The notes under the pieces: model-generated
What the model was told of the DNA's origin: nothing
The model's input: the letters and a program-made list of their open reading frames with translations, nothing else
Databases searched by the model: none
Part shown: positions 14,691-29,460 of the stretch, in pieces
Position numbering within the stretch: position 1 is the first letter of the stretch
Layout of the letters: every line of letters starts with the position of its first letter
Source of the DNA: the human T2T-CHM13v2.0 reference genome, Homo sapiens
Reading direction: 5' to 3' (one strand)
Assembly: GCF_009914755.1 (NCBI RefSeq)
Contig: NC_060927.1
DNA: 64,000 nt
Made by a program: the position numbers and the translations under genes

Positions 14691-16597
14691 TATAGAGAAG
14701 GTTGAGGTTGCTTATATCCCTGGAAGAAGGAATACTTGTTCCTGGATTATACACTCTGGTATGAATTAATTATATCACATTATTCTCCAACCCAAGTATT
14801 TTTGAGGGGAGAGGAAAGACAGTATGAGGAGGAAAGAGATGGTTTGAGGAGGAAAGAATGTTAGAAGAGATTTTGTGTGCCTTTCTGTTTTGCCAGGAAT
14901 CCTCTTTCCGAAGACACTGGGGGCTTTTCTTCAATATGTTTCTAATTCACAGACTAACGTGTTATATCTACGTTAAATAATAAATATTGATTTCTGGATT
15001 TTGCCAGCTTTAAAGAAGTTACTTCACATTTCACAGATCATTTTCACATTTAACTAGTGTCAGAATGGCCTTGTATCCTCAGTGTCATGACTGGGCTGTC
15101 ATAGGTTTGCTTACATCACATGAGTCAGTTTTTCTTTTTGGTCCGTGCTCCTTTTGATAAACTTTTAATAATGGCATGCTATCCTTAAATGTTGTGTGAA
15201 ATCCCAAAATGAATGTGATGATTAAAAATTGATCAAAATGGTGTCATTGTCTTTGTGCTTTTAAAATAATGCACATTATATCTGTGTGTCCAGCCACCAC
15301 CTACAATTACCACCAGTTTAGTAATTACTAAGAAGTAGGATTGGGTTTTGTTTTCAGGGCAAAGAATACCAACTTTATTGTAAGCCAAATTAAATATGCC
15401 TATAAGCTAATAGGAAATCAGCCTTTTGGTTGACAGGAAGTTTAATTTAGCCATATTTTGGGAAGATACGTTTGTTCCTAGCTTTCTATAGTCTAATGCA
15501 GTTTGCTAATTTTAAAGAAGGACCTTTAGTTTATTATTGTCTCCTGAGATGCTTATTGCTCAAGCCAGCTTAATTTTTCAGGTTGGATCAACTCAACCAA
15601 CTGTACGTTTGCACAAGCCTTGAAGAGGTGGTGGTGAATCAGCCACTCTGATATCTACTGACACACCCCTATAAGAGCCCTGCCATAAAGGTGGAGGTTT
15701 CAAACAAGTATTTTACTGTGCTTCTCCATGCCCTGGAGTTCCTATCTCTGTGAATGTGACCGCACTCTAAATGGAAGTTTGTGTTGGTTGATATTACTGT
15801 CAGCATAACTGGGAGGGGTAGATAGGCCTAAATTCCTTCACGATGGATGTTCTTCCGCGGAGAAGTTATGTGAACAGGGGAGACTGAAGTGAGACATTCA
15901 GAAGCTTGGAAAATGAGGATCTTCTTTGCCTTCAGGGCTCAGAAAAGGTTCAACTCACTTACCAAAGAGGGGTGACTTTTCTAAGGAAAGATTCACAGAT
16001 GACACAAGTGATACCCTCCCCTCACGTGAGTTTTCTGAAGAGAGAAGGGTAGGGTAACTCCTCCAGGTACAGTCTTCAGTATCCCAAACATCAAAGGGTA
16101 TTGAGTGATCCACTCACTGGTCCCATAAAACAGTGAACACTGGAAACTCTGAGAGAAACACTCTAAGCACATAAAATTTAAGGACAATAAAATGATACTG
16201 GAAGAAATATTCTTGTAAAGAGGAAAACCTTCTGTAGTACTGAGCCAGATGAAGCTTCAGTTTTGGCATTTTCCTAACCTTACAGGAAAGGGCTTTTATG
16301 GAACCAGATCAAGACATGGAACAGACACCCTGTGTTGATTGTCTGTAAATTTGAAAACAAATTATATTTCATTGTCCACTTGAGAGATGGGATGGGGAAA
16401 TAATATTCTACGTGTGATGAAAAAAAGTATAATATTCTCCACTTTATTTAAATATGTTACTTGCTTAGATAGTTATTTGTGACGTTATTTTGTTCAAGCT
16501 GGGATACAGTAGGCAGGTCTGAGTTCATTTCTGAGACTGCCTGCCAAATATCAATCCCTTTATGGCAAGTGATCAAATTTCCTTGATTTTTTCTTTT

Positions 16598-17068
16598 TTT
16601 TAATATATATGTTTTTTTATTATACTTGAAGTTCTAGGGTACATGTGCACAACATGTAGGTTTGTTACATATGTATACATGTGCCATGTTGGCGTGCTGC
16701 ACCCGTTAACTCGTCCTTTACATTAGGTATATCTCCGAATGCTATCCCTCCCCCCTCCCCCCACCCCACAACAGGCCCCGGTGTGTGATGTTCCCCTTCC
16801 TGTGTCCAAATGTTCTCATTGTTCAGTTCCCACCTATGAGTGAGAACATGCAGTGTTTGGTTTTTTGTCCTTGTGATAGTTTGCTGAGAATGATGGTTTC
16901 CAGCTTCATTCATGTCCCTACAAAGGACATGAACTCATCATTTTTTATGGCCGCATAGTATTCCATGGTGTATATGTGCCACATTTTCTTAATCCAATCT
17001 ATCATTGTTAGACATTTGGGTTGGTTCGTAGTCTTTGCTATTGTGAATAGTGCCACAATAAACATACG
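16598..17068 (-). mobile_element. 5'-truncated primate L1PA (roughly L1PA3-5): 3' UTR plus end of ORF2
   Basis: Close match to the L1PA 3' end (tagggtacatgtgcacaac, ccctcccccctccccccacccc, aaggacatgaactcatc); TSD gattttttctttt at 16585-16597 and 17068-17080. Confidence 0.95.
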
Positions 17069-17237
17069 ATTTTTTCTTTTCATTAGAGTTGGAGCAGGAT
17101 CTCTCCGTAAGGTAGCAGCCTCTTAGAGATTTGTTCAAGGAGATCTAAAGAAAATGAGACAGAGAGAAATGAATGTTCCTAGTTTGCAGCTGTCCAAGAG
17201 AAGAGTCAGTACATGATCATGGCTTATTGATGAATTA

Positions 17238-17679
<442 letters not shown>

Positions 17680-18135
17680 TTATTCATACTGATTCATATA
17701 AGCATACCTATTCTAAACCATCAGGTGAATTTTTCTTATGGTATCAGTGTATTAGCTGTTAACAGAGACCTGCCAAAAATTCTTGTAGGTTGGTTGCTTT
17801 TTTAAATACCTGTTTTAAGGCTCATTTATAAAGCAGAGGTTTATTGAGCCCCTACTACTTTCCAGGCCCTTGATATATAAAGATGAGTAAGATACAGCCC
17901 TGGAAGCATGGAGACAGAAAGAACAATTAGGGGCTGACACAATAGTTCAGCCCAGAAAAGAATTAAGGCTCAGCTGTGAAGATAAAAACAAGGAGAATAA
18001 TGTATAAATTCTCTTCTCATTCCATTATTAAGTAATCATGTATGTACCATGCAGTGGTCTAGATACTGAACATAGAGAAGTGAGCAATGGCATGCCCCAT
18101 CTTGCATAGAATTTACATTCAAGGTATGGTAGAAT

Positions 18136-18354
18136 AGGATTTTTTCAACTTTGACCCAGCTGACATTTTGAGCAAGATAATACTTTGTAGTAAAGGGCTA
18201 CCCTTTGTATTGTAGAATACATAGCGGCATGCCTGATCTCTACCCACTAAATGCCAATAGCAATCTCCCCTGTCCCTCATTGTGACAACAAAAATTTCTC
18301 CAGATGTTGCCAAGTATACCCTGAAGGAGGGGATCACCCTGTTGAGAACCACTG
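18136..18354 (-). mobile_element. MER20 hAT-Charlie DNA transposon
   Basis: Reverse complement of MER20 (ctctacccactaaatgcca, tgtgacaacaaaaatttctccaga, gttgagaaccactg). Confidence 0.85.
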
Positions 18355-19223
18355 TGTTAGCACTGACATCCATATCTACTGGTGACTAGTTTGAAACATC
18401 AGGAAGGACTCTCTGGTTTCTGATCTGAATGACCAGGTAGGGATATGTTGCCTGTGAGGAACTTATGGGACACCTGAGTGGGAAGTGCAGAAATGTTCAG
18501 CCAACAGCTTAATAGATCTGGAGTTCAGGTGAGTCATATGAGCTAGAGGTACTGATTTGGGAGTTAGCAGACACAGATTTGGGTGTTAAAACCCTAGATA
18601 GAATAAATGATCTCACCTAGAGAAATGGGCAATTTTCAACCCAAACTGAATTTTTGAACCTATGAATTTCCAGAATGGGTTTTCCAAAAGAAAAGAATGA
18701 TGACTGAAAAAACTAACAAAGCTGATATTTTCTCTTTTTCATTAAGTTCTCACTGTTTGGGGATTGGAAAGTTATTTTCCATATAGAGTATTATTGCTGG
18801 AAAGCTTATATAATAATACCTCATAAAATATCATGCTTTTATTACAAGGAAAAAACCTCATTTGTTGTTAATAAATTATATAAATTAATTTTCTCACAAG
18901 TGCCTAAATCAGGCCTAAAATAAGTCAAAATAATTACCTGTAGTTGCAGTGGCCTTCTGCAGGGCAATGGACTAAATGACTTTTTTTAAGCTCCTCTTGA
19001 GCCTTTGGTTTCAGTTTTAATCGAACTAAAACTTATATAAGTAATGTGATTAGGATCACATAGCTAATAAGGCCAGGGTCAGGATTAGAACTCCTGGCCT
19101 CCTAATTTCCAGTCCTGCAGCCCCTACTCTTCACACCTGAACCAACTGAGCTATGAAGTGATCTTGGTAAGTGCACAGTAATTCAGTTTTTTGCCTACAG
19201 CCTTTCTTTCCTGCCTGCCTGCC

Positions 19224-19569
<346 letters not shown>

Positions 19570-19691
19570 CATACTTTAGGTCACTCTTTGTGTTCTTTTC
19601 TGTAGTCCCTTTTGCCTCTATTTTTGTGGAGAATTAAGGTTAAATAAGATTTTTTGTTTGGGCACTTACCAAGTTGTATATCTGTGTATAG

Positions 19692-19987
19692 ACTGCGCTC
19701 AGTGGCTCATGCCTGTAATCCCAGCACTTTAGGAGGCCAAGACGGCCAGATCACCTGAAGTCAGGAGTTCAAGACCAGCCTGCCTAACATGGTGAAACCC
19801 CATCTCTACTAAAAATACAAAAATTAGCCAGGCGTGGTGGCGCACGCTTGTAATTCCAGCTACTCAGTAGGCCAATGCACGAGAATTGCTTGAACCCAGG
19901 AGGCAGAGGTTGCAGTGAGCCAAGATTGTGGCAGAGCAGGACCTTGACCATACATACATACATACATGCATACATACATACATAAAA
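19692..19987 (+). mobile_element. AluS with (TACA)n tail
   Basis: Alu body with a short deletion near the 3' end; catacata repeat tail. Confidence 0.92.
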
Positions 19988-20229
19988 ACTTAAAATATCT
20001 GTACATGTACAGTATACTATATATACTGTGTATTTATGTTTCCCCCATACTTGGCCACTAATGCATTTTAAACTCTATCTCTGTGGATAAAACATTACAG
20101 TAGTTTGTTCAACAAGGAAATAACATATAAAGCAATATGTTTATTTCAGGTTATTTCCAGTTTATTTTCTTCATTTCTTTTTTCTTTTCTCTCTTCCAGA
20201 CATCACTACTTCTTGTAGTGATTTGCTTT

Positions 20230-20880
20230 TAAAACCAAACTATTTTTCTTTTTAAATTAGTTTTAAATAGGTAATATATATACACAGTAAAAAGTTCAAA
20301 CAGCACAAAAGGTATGCAGTCCTCCTCATTGCCCAGCATTCCCGTTACCTTCCCAAAGACATCTTTTATTCTGCATTTACTTTTTGCATTTACCATCTTG
20401 AAGATTATCCCATATTTGTATGTGTAGATCTTTGTTAGAATCACATAATATTATATTGAACAAGTGTACCATAAGTTTTCCTGTGATTGACATACAGGGA
20501 TTTTTTTTAATCTTTTGCCATCACAAATAACGTTTCACTGAGTATCTTTGTACATACTGTCTTTGTGGACTTCTGCAAATATATCCGTGGGATAAATTCC
20601 TAGAAGTGGAATTACTGGGACTAATGATGTATGCATGTTCAATTTTAATAGATTCTGCCCAGATTGCCCTCCAAAGAAGCTATACAAAGTTATACTCCCA
20701 ACTTAGGCACACCTGCCTCTTTTCCTACATCCTTATCAGTGCTGTGTGACATCAAATATTTGACCTTTATGAATCTGATATAAATAAAAGAATATTTATA
20801 ATTGCTTTCTCTCATTATAAGTAAAATAATACCTTTTCATGTGTCCAGAATTTGGACTTTTTTTTATTGAAAGTAAGTGT
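20230..20880 (-). mobile_element. Ancient L1M fragment
   Basis: ggataaattcctagaagtggaattactggg, ttgccctccaaagaag. Confidence 0.65.
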
Positions 20881-21009
20881 ACACTTTTTCTTATTGAAAG
20901 AGTGTGAAGAGTTTCCATATAGAAACCTATGGATGTAGTATTTTCATCTGTAGAAAGAGGCTTAACAGTCTCTAAGTTTCCTTTCACATCTTTAACTGTC
21001 AGTGATTTG

Positions 21010-21405
21010 TCACTGCCCTGCTTAAAACTCTTCAGTGGCTTCCCATTGCACTTAGAATAAAATCCAAACTTCTTTGTCTTACAAGGCCCTACGTGATCTC
21101 TCTGCCTGCCTCATCACATGCAGGCCCTCCTAGGCCTCCTTTTTGACCTTATGATTTGCCAGTACATTTGACTGGAACATGTTTGATCCAGTTCTTCATG
21201 TGGTCAATACCTTCTCATTGTTCAGGACTGTTCAGAGTTAGATCCTGAGAGGTACATTTTCTGACCACCTTCTATAAACAGTGCCACACTAGTTGTTGCT
21301 GTCACGTCAACCTGATGGTTTCTTTCTCACGTTACCTTCTAAGATCCAAAGACCTTATGTGCCTTACAGTACCTGGCAGATATGATTGATGAAGCAAATG
21401 AATAT
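21010..21405 (+). mobile_element. L2 fragment
   Basis: tcactgccctgcttaaaactcttcagtggcttcccattgcacttagaataaaatccaaact. Confidence 0.7.
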
Positions 21406-22146
21406 TCATTTAGCCTGTGTATCCTTAACACTTCTGAAATCTTTTTTGCCCTGTTGGTTTGTAGTACTGAAATATTGTGCAGTGTGTATGTGTTTTCATT
21501 CTCATTCTCCCATATCTAATCATATCTAATTCTTATACCCAGAAGGCAGGGCCTTGCTTTTCCCTGAAGATGCCTGCCATAAAGGCATCCAGTAAACCCA
21601 GTAGAAAGTAATATTTTATTATTATTATTATTATTTATTTTTGAGATGGTGTGTCGGTGCCTGACTGCATGAGAAATGACAAATGGAAGGAGGCTGAGCA
21701 GACAAGTTTGAGAAAGCACAAAAAAGTGGTTAAAGAACTTCATCAAGCTGAGACAAGGAGAAATGTCTTAGGAGTCTGGTCAAATAGAGGGGTTTCATTC
21801 AAACAAAAAGCCAAGGGGATTAAGAATTGAGGCCACAGTACTGAATTGGTGAACTCCGAGAATGTAATAAAAGTATACTAATGAAAAATAAGACAATGAT
21901 TAAGCAATAGATAAGGAGTAGGAATAAACTGCAGTTTGTCTTCAGTTTCAGTATTGGGTCAAAATCTGCTCTTAGGTTTAATTTTGATCTTGTCCTTTGG
22001 AAGACCAAATAGCTGAATTTCTGATTAATCATTTCCATCATCTCTGAACCTGGCATGATCAATGATTGTATGATTTGTACTAAAGAACTGACCTTCATGT
22101 TTTCTGAAGCTTACTCTCAAATAGTTGTAGGGACAAAATAAACTTG

Positions 22147-22148
<2 letters not shown>

Positions 22149-22182
<34 letters not shown>
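22149..22182. repeat. (GT)17 microsatellite, followed by short TA/GA tracts
   Basis: Direct reading. Confidence 0.97.
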
Positions 22183-22184
<2 letters not shown>

Positions 22185-22632
22185 ATATATATAGAGAGAG
22201 AGATACATACATATGTATAGAGAGAGAGATAAAGCAGATTTAGCAAGCTGTTAACAGTTGGTGAGTCTGTTTACTATAGGTTTGAATTTTTTTAATAAGT
22301 TGAAAAACAATGAAAAGCAAAGTGAAATAGGAGATATTTCCTCCTGCAGGTGTGCACACACATGTAAATACCTAACATTTGGAGCACTGTTGTTGAACAA
22401 ACAGAGTGGCAGGGAAGGCTTTCTCAAGGAAGTATTATTTAGCTGGTCCATGATGGATGATAGAATTTCAATAGGAAGGAGAGAGAAGATAGGTTTATCA
22501 AGCTACAGAATGACAATGTTTTTAAATGTGAAAAATACAAGCCCTCCCTCCTCCTTGGACATGGATACCATCTCCTCCTGGCAATTCGATTAGTATGGGT
22601 GTATAACCAGCATATACTCCCTGTAAAAATTA

Positions 22633-23020
<388 letters not shown>

Positions 23021-26000
23021 AGGAGCAACCAGATTAATGTTTCTTAAGAGAACATTTCTTACATCATTCCACTCCAAAAAAGATGTTGAAGTACATGTGC
23101 ATGCTTTGAAAGCTAACCTGCAGGTGGAAATTCAGAAACAGTTGTATCTTGGATACCAGTTACACTGTTCTATTACTGTATTTCTAGATACATAGTTTAA
23201 GAACAACTTTTTTCCCTCAAAAGATTGTGTGAACAACAAATACAAGCAAAAATATTAGGGGGAGAAAGAATATATATCAGAGCAATAGCATTGTTTGTTA
23301 TAAAAATATTCAAAGCACCTTCTTAGAGCAGTGCATAAAACTTGAGTTTGTGAGATTACTTCAGTGAAACTGCATTATAACTGTGAACCAAATCTGCAAA
23401 ACAGATGGTTGAAAGAGATAATGTTTTTACCTTACTCAGTTGGTATTAGAGAAGAAAAGCCTAATAACACTATGGTAACAGACTCTGATACCAGCAGTAT
23501 CTATAACAAAAAAAATCTTGTTCCTCCACTAGGCTCAGTATAAAGTAAGCAGATGTATATTATAGCAGTCAACAGTGTTTAGAAAATACTATTCCTGCAG
23601 TATAATATCAAAGTGAAGACAAAATTCTTAAATATTTTTAATAGTGAAAGTGTAATAGTTAGAAATTTGGATGAAAAAATTTATTCTTGTATCCTCTATT
23701 CTTAACCTTTTTAATAGATTTATTTTTATGACCAATAAAGGATGTTACTTCCAACCAGGCTAAAAGTATTTTACTATGTGACTGTATAAACTAATGATAC
23801 AGGTTTTTAGTACATACCTGAGAAATGAGTCTTATTAATTTAAAGTTTTACAACATCTAGCTAAAGCCATCCATCTAATTGTGGGACCTCTAGATATGTG
23901 TTCTTTAACACCTTAGAACATATCAGTTTCATGATGAACATGACCACTTTACTATGATGATATGTTAGTTTTTACTTCAAACAAAACTATTTATTTCTGT
24001 CCTTTAATACCACTAGATAATTTTGACTAAAATAGGAGGAAATAAATGAAACACTGACCAATACAGGCCTTTGAAGAAAGTGCATTCTTCTAATATTGTC
24101 AGAACAAAAGTCCATGAATCTTCTTTTAAAGGAAAAAAAGCATAGTTAGTCTTTTCTACCGAGACATCCCAGCTTTTTAAATTATTTGAACTGTTTATTT
24201 GAAGTAGACACAATGTAGTGATATGTGCCATGCTTCTGGAATTTCTATGAGTTTTATTTTCTAATATGAAGAATTAATGAAATATTTAAAATCTCAACTC
24301 TGCAATTAATATTTAAGACTTATAATCTCTGTCGACTAAAATACTAATCACAAGACTTTTTAAATTGCCTTAAATCAAAATTTGAATGACAAAGCACATT
24401 TCCCTACATAAGCTTTACACATCTCTCCATTGACACCTCCCATCTCAGACTCCCAAAAAGAAGGCACTGTAAACCTAACTGTTGAAACATCAGAAGCTCT
24501 CGATCAATTGTCATTTTTAATTATGGTATGTGTGGCCTCCTTTCAAATGTAAATATTCTGTGTTTTTCCAGTTAATTTGTTTATTGAACAAATACATGTC
24601 AATATCCTCTTTCCTAGAGGGGATAAAAATCAGTATCAGAGATAATCCCTGTCCTTATATAAATTTGTTCCCTTTGTAAATAAACATTTTTGCTAGCCTG
24701 TCTACAAAAAATTTATTTCTGAAATCTTTATTTAGCTGTACATACAACTATCAGTTTTGTAAAATGAAGTTGGCACTATTTATTTAAAAAGCCACATGTG
24801 GTGCAGTTGTTTGCTTCTAAAAGGTGGTATTGTTATACCACAGCAGACAATTTTCTACTAGATAGAAAATTTCAAAGATAAATGTTGCAAATTATATGGA
24901 AAGGAAAACAGCGGCCTAGAGTGTTTATTTAAGATAGTACTTCAGATTTCTTTTAGGGACAGGAGATTCAGGAAGCAGGAATAAAACATTAGAAAATGGG
25001 AATTTTTTTTTTCACACAATTCTGAGTCATTCTTATTCCCCCTACTCCCCACTCTTCCTTTTTTCTTTTTCCTTGTTTCTATCAGATACATTTCTACACA
25101 GCTTTAAGGAAAATTAACCCATTTTTTTTAGGGCAGTAGTCTTACAGAGAATATTGGAGGGGAAAAGATAAACCCAAAAGAACAGGCTTTGGAAGCCGTG
25201 GAATGTGAATGAAGCAAGATACTCTAGAAGGTGGAAGTAGAGACTGAAGAAATCATGTCAGAAATCATAGAGTGGTAGCAGAGATTAGATATGGACAAGT
25301 GGGGAATAGAGAAGAACAGAAGAGAGAGATTGCCTGGGATAAAAGAAAATTAGGCATGGAAATTTAAGTGGAAAACAAACCCAGGTAGTTACCATTAGAT
25401 ACAAATAAAATTTAAGATATTCCTCATAATACTACATATTCCTTCAGTAAGACTAAAAAGTAATTCTTGAATGCTTGCCACGAAGGCAGAAAGAGGTATG
25501 TTTGTGATAGTCCTGGAGTTGTTGAAATGAGCTGTGAGCTAGTTTATGTTTACAGTGAGGAAGGAAACTTAGATCCATCCTTATAAGGATGCCTTGACCT
25601 GAAGAGTCAGAAGGCTTGCCTTAGGCTCTTCTCATATATTTGCTGCCTTCCTTTTCCCCTCTCCGATATTCTCCACAGTGGGTTCCAGGAAGTGGTGCAG
25701 GCTTGATGGGAACTGGTTTTCAGTAAGTTCTGGCTGCTGTGTGCCTGCAGTGCCTTGTCCCTTTTTCCCTCTGTCCCTGCCTCAGATTGTGGATTGTGTT
25801 GCCCATGTTTTCTCCATCTCCCCCTCCCTTATTTCTGTTTCACATATATTCATTTCTTTCTTGGTTTGGTCAGCTGTTAAGACAATATTCAAAGAAAATG
25901 GTATTAATCATATAAAAGCCATTTTGTGAATTTAGGAATAAGTTAGTGTCATCTACCACAAAGCATTTGTTCCACAAAAGGCTAATTTGAGAACGAACAT

Positions 26001-26703
26001 CATATAACAATCCTGTTCCAAATCCCTAAAACACCTCTTTCATCATGGCATTCTCCTAAACTGCAGGATGAAAGACCAGCTCCTCAGTTTGTCATTCAAC
26101 ATCTACTCCTTCACTCCTTCCCTAAGACTCCAATCTTATTTTCTAACCATTTTTAAGTAAACCAATATTTGTATGTCAGGTTGGTTGCAAGGGGGTCATA
26201 TATCAAGCAAGAATTAGCACATTCTCAAATAGAAATAACTAGCTTAGAAAATTAAGTGCACTTCTACTTTACCAAGGTTTTTTTTTTTGCTATTTTATTC
26301 CTTTATAACAAATGCTTATACATTATCATTTTTCTATTTTACAATCTAATTCAAATCATCACATAGTATTAGTCATGCCTGTTATAAAACCAACTAAAAC
26401 TTTCAAATATTTAATAAAAGTACCCTTTTTTATTTTTCAAGTATGCTTCCTGATTAGCTGTTACTTTCAGTGTACAGTATTATGAGTATCAGGTTAGTTA
26501 ACTACATCTATTCTGCATAGATGTTTAAACAATATTCACTAGAATATTCTGTGTGCTGAGATTTAAGTTATTCAAAGATTATACATGTTAAGTGAGAGTT
26601 TTCAAGTCATGTTGAAACAGTTGTTTACTTTTTTAACTGACTTGGGTTTTTTTGCCTTTAGTAATCTCACAATAGTAATAGTGAATATATATATGTGTGA
26701 GGG

Positions 26704-26969
26704 TTTTTTTTGTTTTGTTTTTGAGACAGGGTCTCGCTCTATTGCCCATACTGGAGTGCAGTGGCACAGTCATGGTTCACTGCAGCCTCAACCTTGTGGG
26801 CTCAAGTGATCTTCCCTCCTCAACCTTCTGACTGGCTAGGGCTACAGACACATGCCACCATGCCCAGCTAATTTTTTTTTTTTCATTATTTTGTAGAGAC
26901 GGAGTTTTACCATGTTGCCCACGCAGGTCTCTTAACTCCCAGGCTGAGCCTGAGCCACCACACCCAGCC
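26704..26969 (-). mobile_element. AluJ with internal deletion in the left arm
   Basis: Alu body jumps from ctcccaggctgagcc to tgagccaccacacccagcc. Confidence 0.9.
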
Positions 26970-27674
26970 ATGAATATCATTAAACATTTCTTCTCTTCGC
27001 TATTCACTTTACATGCTTGATCATTTTGTCAGAACTTGATCTGAGAAACCTGTTGAATCCCTGTGTCATTAGCTTTGCTCTGTAAAGTCAAACTGTTGAG
27101 ATCTGGAATTTACATAATTTTCTTTATTATTTTTTTCTGTCATTTTCTTTAATTAAAAAAAAAACTTTGAGGGTGTGGGGTTTTCATTTGTCTTTGATTA
27201 TTTTGTATTTTCCTTATAAGCTTTTTGCTTAGTATTGGAATTGACTTTACTGTGAGGATTTGAATTCCTCTCAACCTATGTCTGTTTCTTAGTAATAATA
27301 GTACCCACCTTACAGGATGAGTGTGAAGATTATGTAATAAATGCAAGTCACCTAGGACAGTGCGTGGCACATAAACATGGCATTATTGGTAGCTATTTTA
27401 ATTATTACTATTATTTTTGGTTACAACTTACTGTTTATACATGTGGTATTTTTTAACTTTATGGTAAGAACATAGGGGAAAAATATGATTACCCTCAAGT
27501 ATGCATACAAAGTTTGGAAATTTTTATAGTATTTGTGAATACTCTGCTACTTTCAAAGAATGTCTCTTTTGTGTGTTGTACACATAGCATTCAACCAAAA
27601 GAGTGGGAATTTGGCCAACTCTATAATAGCTGTAAATTTACTTATCATTAACAGAATCAGTCATTGTTTTACTA

Positions 27675-27969
27675 TATTTTTATTAGTTTTAGAGACACAG
27701 AGTCTCTGTCATTCAGGCTAGAGTATATGGTGTAATCATAGCTCACTACAGCCTCATATTCCTGGGCACAAGCTGCCCTCCTACCTCAGCCTCCCAAGTA
27801 GCTAGTAATACAGGCACACACAACCATGCCTGGATAGTTTTTTAGTTCTTTGTAGGGACAGGGTCTTGCTGTGTTGCCCAGGCTGGTCTCAGATTTCTGG
27901 CCTCAAGTGATCCCTGCTCCTCAGCCTCCCAAAGTGTTGGGATTACAGGTGTTAGCCACCAAGCCCAGC
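27675..27969 (-). mobile_element. AluJ
   Basis: atcatagctcactacagcctc, gggtcttgctgtgttgcccagg. Confidence 0.9.
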
Positions 27970-28653
27970 TCATGTTTTTTTTTATATCATGTTTAAATAT
28001 AGTTTACTTCTACACTTTTGTAGGCTGTATGAAAAGCTAAATCATCACTTCTAGCTAGTTTGACAAATACTTTGTATTGTGTTGTATATGAACTGGATTA
28101 TTGATCTCTTAAAATAAATAACTGACCCTTCATATATCTATAAACATAAAATGTATTACTCCTTTCCTGAAGGATGGAGTAATCCTGTACATTATTTTCA
28201 TTTTACATTTATCAAATCTGTAAATATGCTGCGTCTTACAGAATTGCCTTGGGGAGTGTGAGACCTATAAAAAATGTAAAGAAAAGAAACGAAAAGGAGG
28301 ACATTCTCCTTCTGTTTGTGTTTATGTCACTGTCTTTAGTTAAACAGCAAGTGTGATATGGTCAGTCATTTATTACATGCTTTACATGGAATCCATTAAC
28401 TATCTCAGCTGTTGTGCTTCCTAATTAATTGTTGTTATGTATGAGACACTTTTGCAGTTCTAAAGCCAGAAATGAATCATCTTGTCTAAGAGATGTTGGT
28501 CCTTTGGACATCTGTTAAATTATCTTCTGTGGACAGTACTAATTGATAAATAAGTGCTGTTGGCTCAACATAGCCCCACATAATGGTTGTTAAGTTTGTT
28601 ATTCAAGAGCAATTGTTCTAGTACCTGACTGGGGGAGACTGATGCCTCTAGGA

Positions 28654-28855
28654 CAAGCTCATCCAATCCGGGCCCAGGATGGCTTTGAATGCGGCCAACA
28701 CAAATTGGTAAACCTCCTTAAAACATGATAAGGTTTTGTTTGTTTGTTTGTTTGTTTTAGCTCATGAGCTATCATAAGTATATTTTATATGTAGCTCAAG
28801 ACGATTCTTCTTCTTCCAATGTAGCCCAGGAAAGACAAAAGATTGGACACCCTTG
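28654..28855 (-). mobile_element. MER30 hAT-Charlie MITE
   Basis: caagctcatccaa...aaaagattggacacccttg; degenerate 8-bp TSD ctctagga / ctccagaa. Confidence 0.88.
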
Positions 28856-29104
28856 CTCCAGAAGGAAGATTAAACCAAGAAAGCTTTGGGTTCTGGTTTT
28901 GATGGATCCCCGTGTACCCCCCACCCCCCCAGCACTAATTGAGCACCTACTATGTATGTGCTTAATGAATTAAAGCAGTGTGAATGTTTAAATGATTATT
29001 TGTGTACCTGTTTAAGTTTAGATACCAGGTTATCTTTATTTCCACCACAGTTGTTTGGTGGAACAGCCGTTTTTAAATCCGTATGTGATTATGTTATTGG
29101 ATAA

Positions 29105-29460
<356 letters not shown>

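Noticed and set aside
16665-16913. 82-aa minus-strand ORF
   Set aside because: Translation of the L1PA ORF2 end and 3' UTR region.
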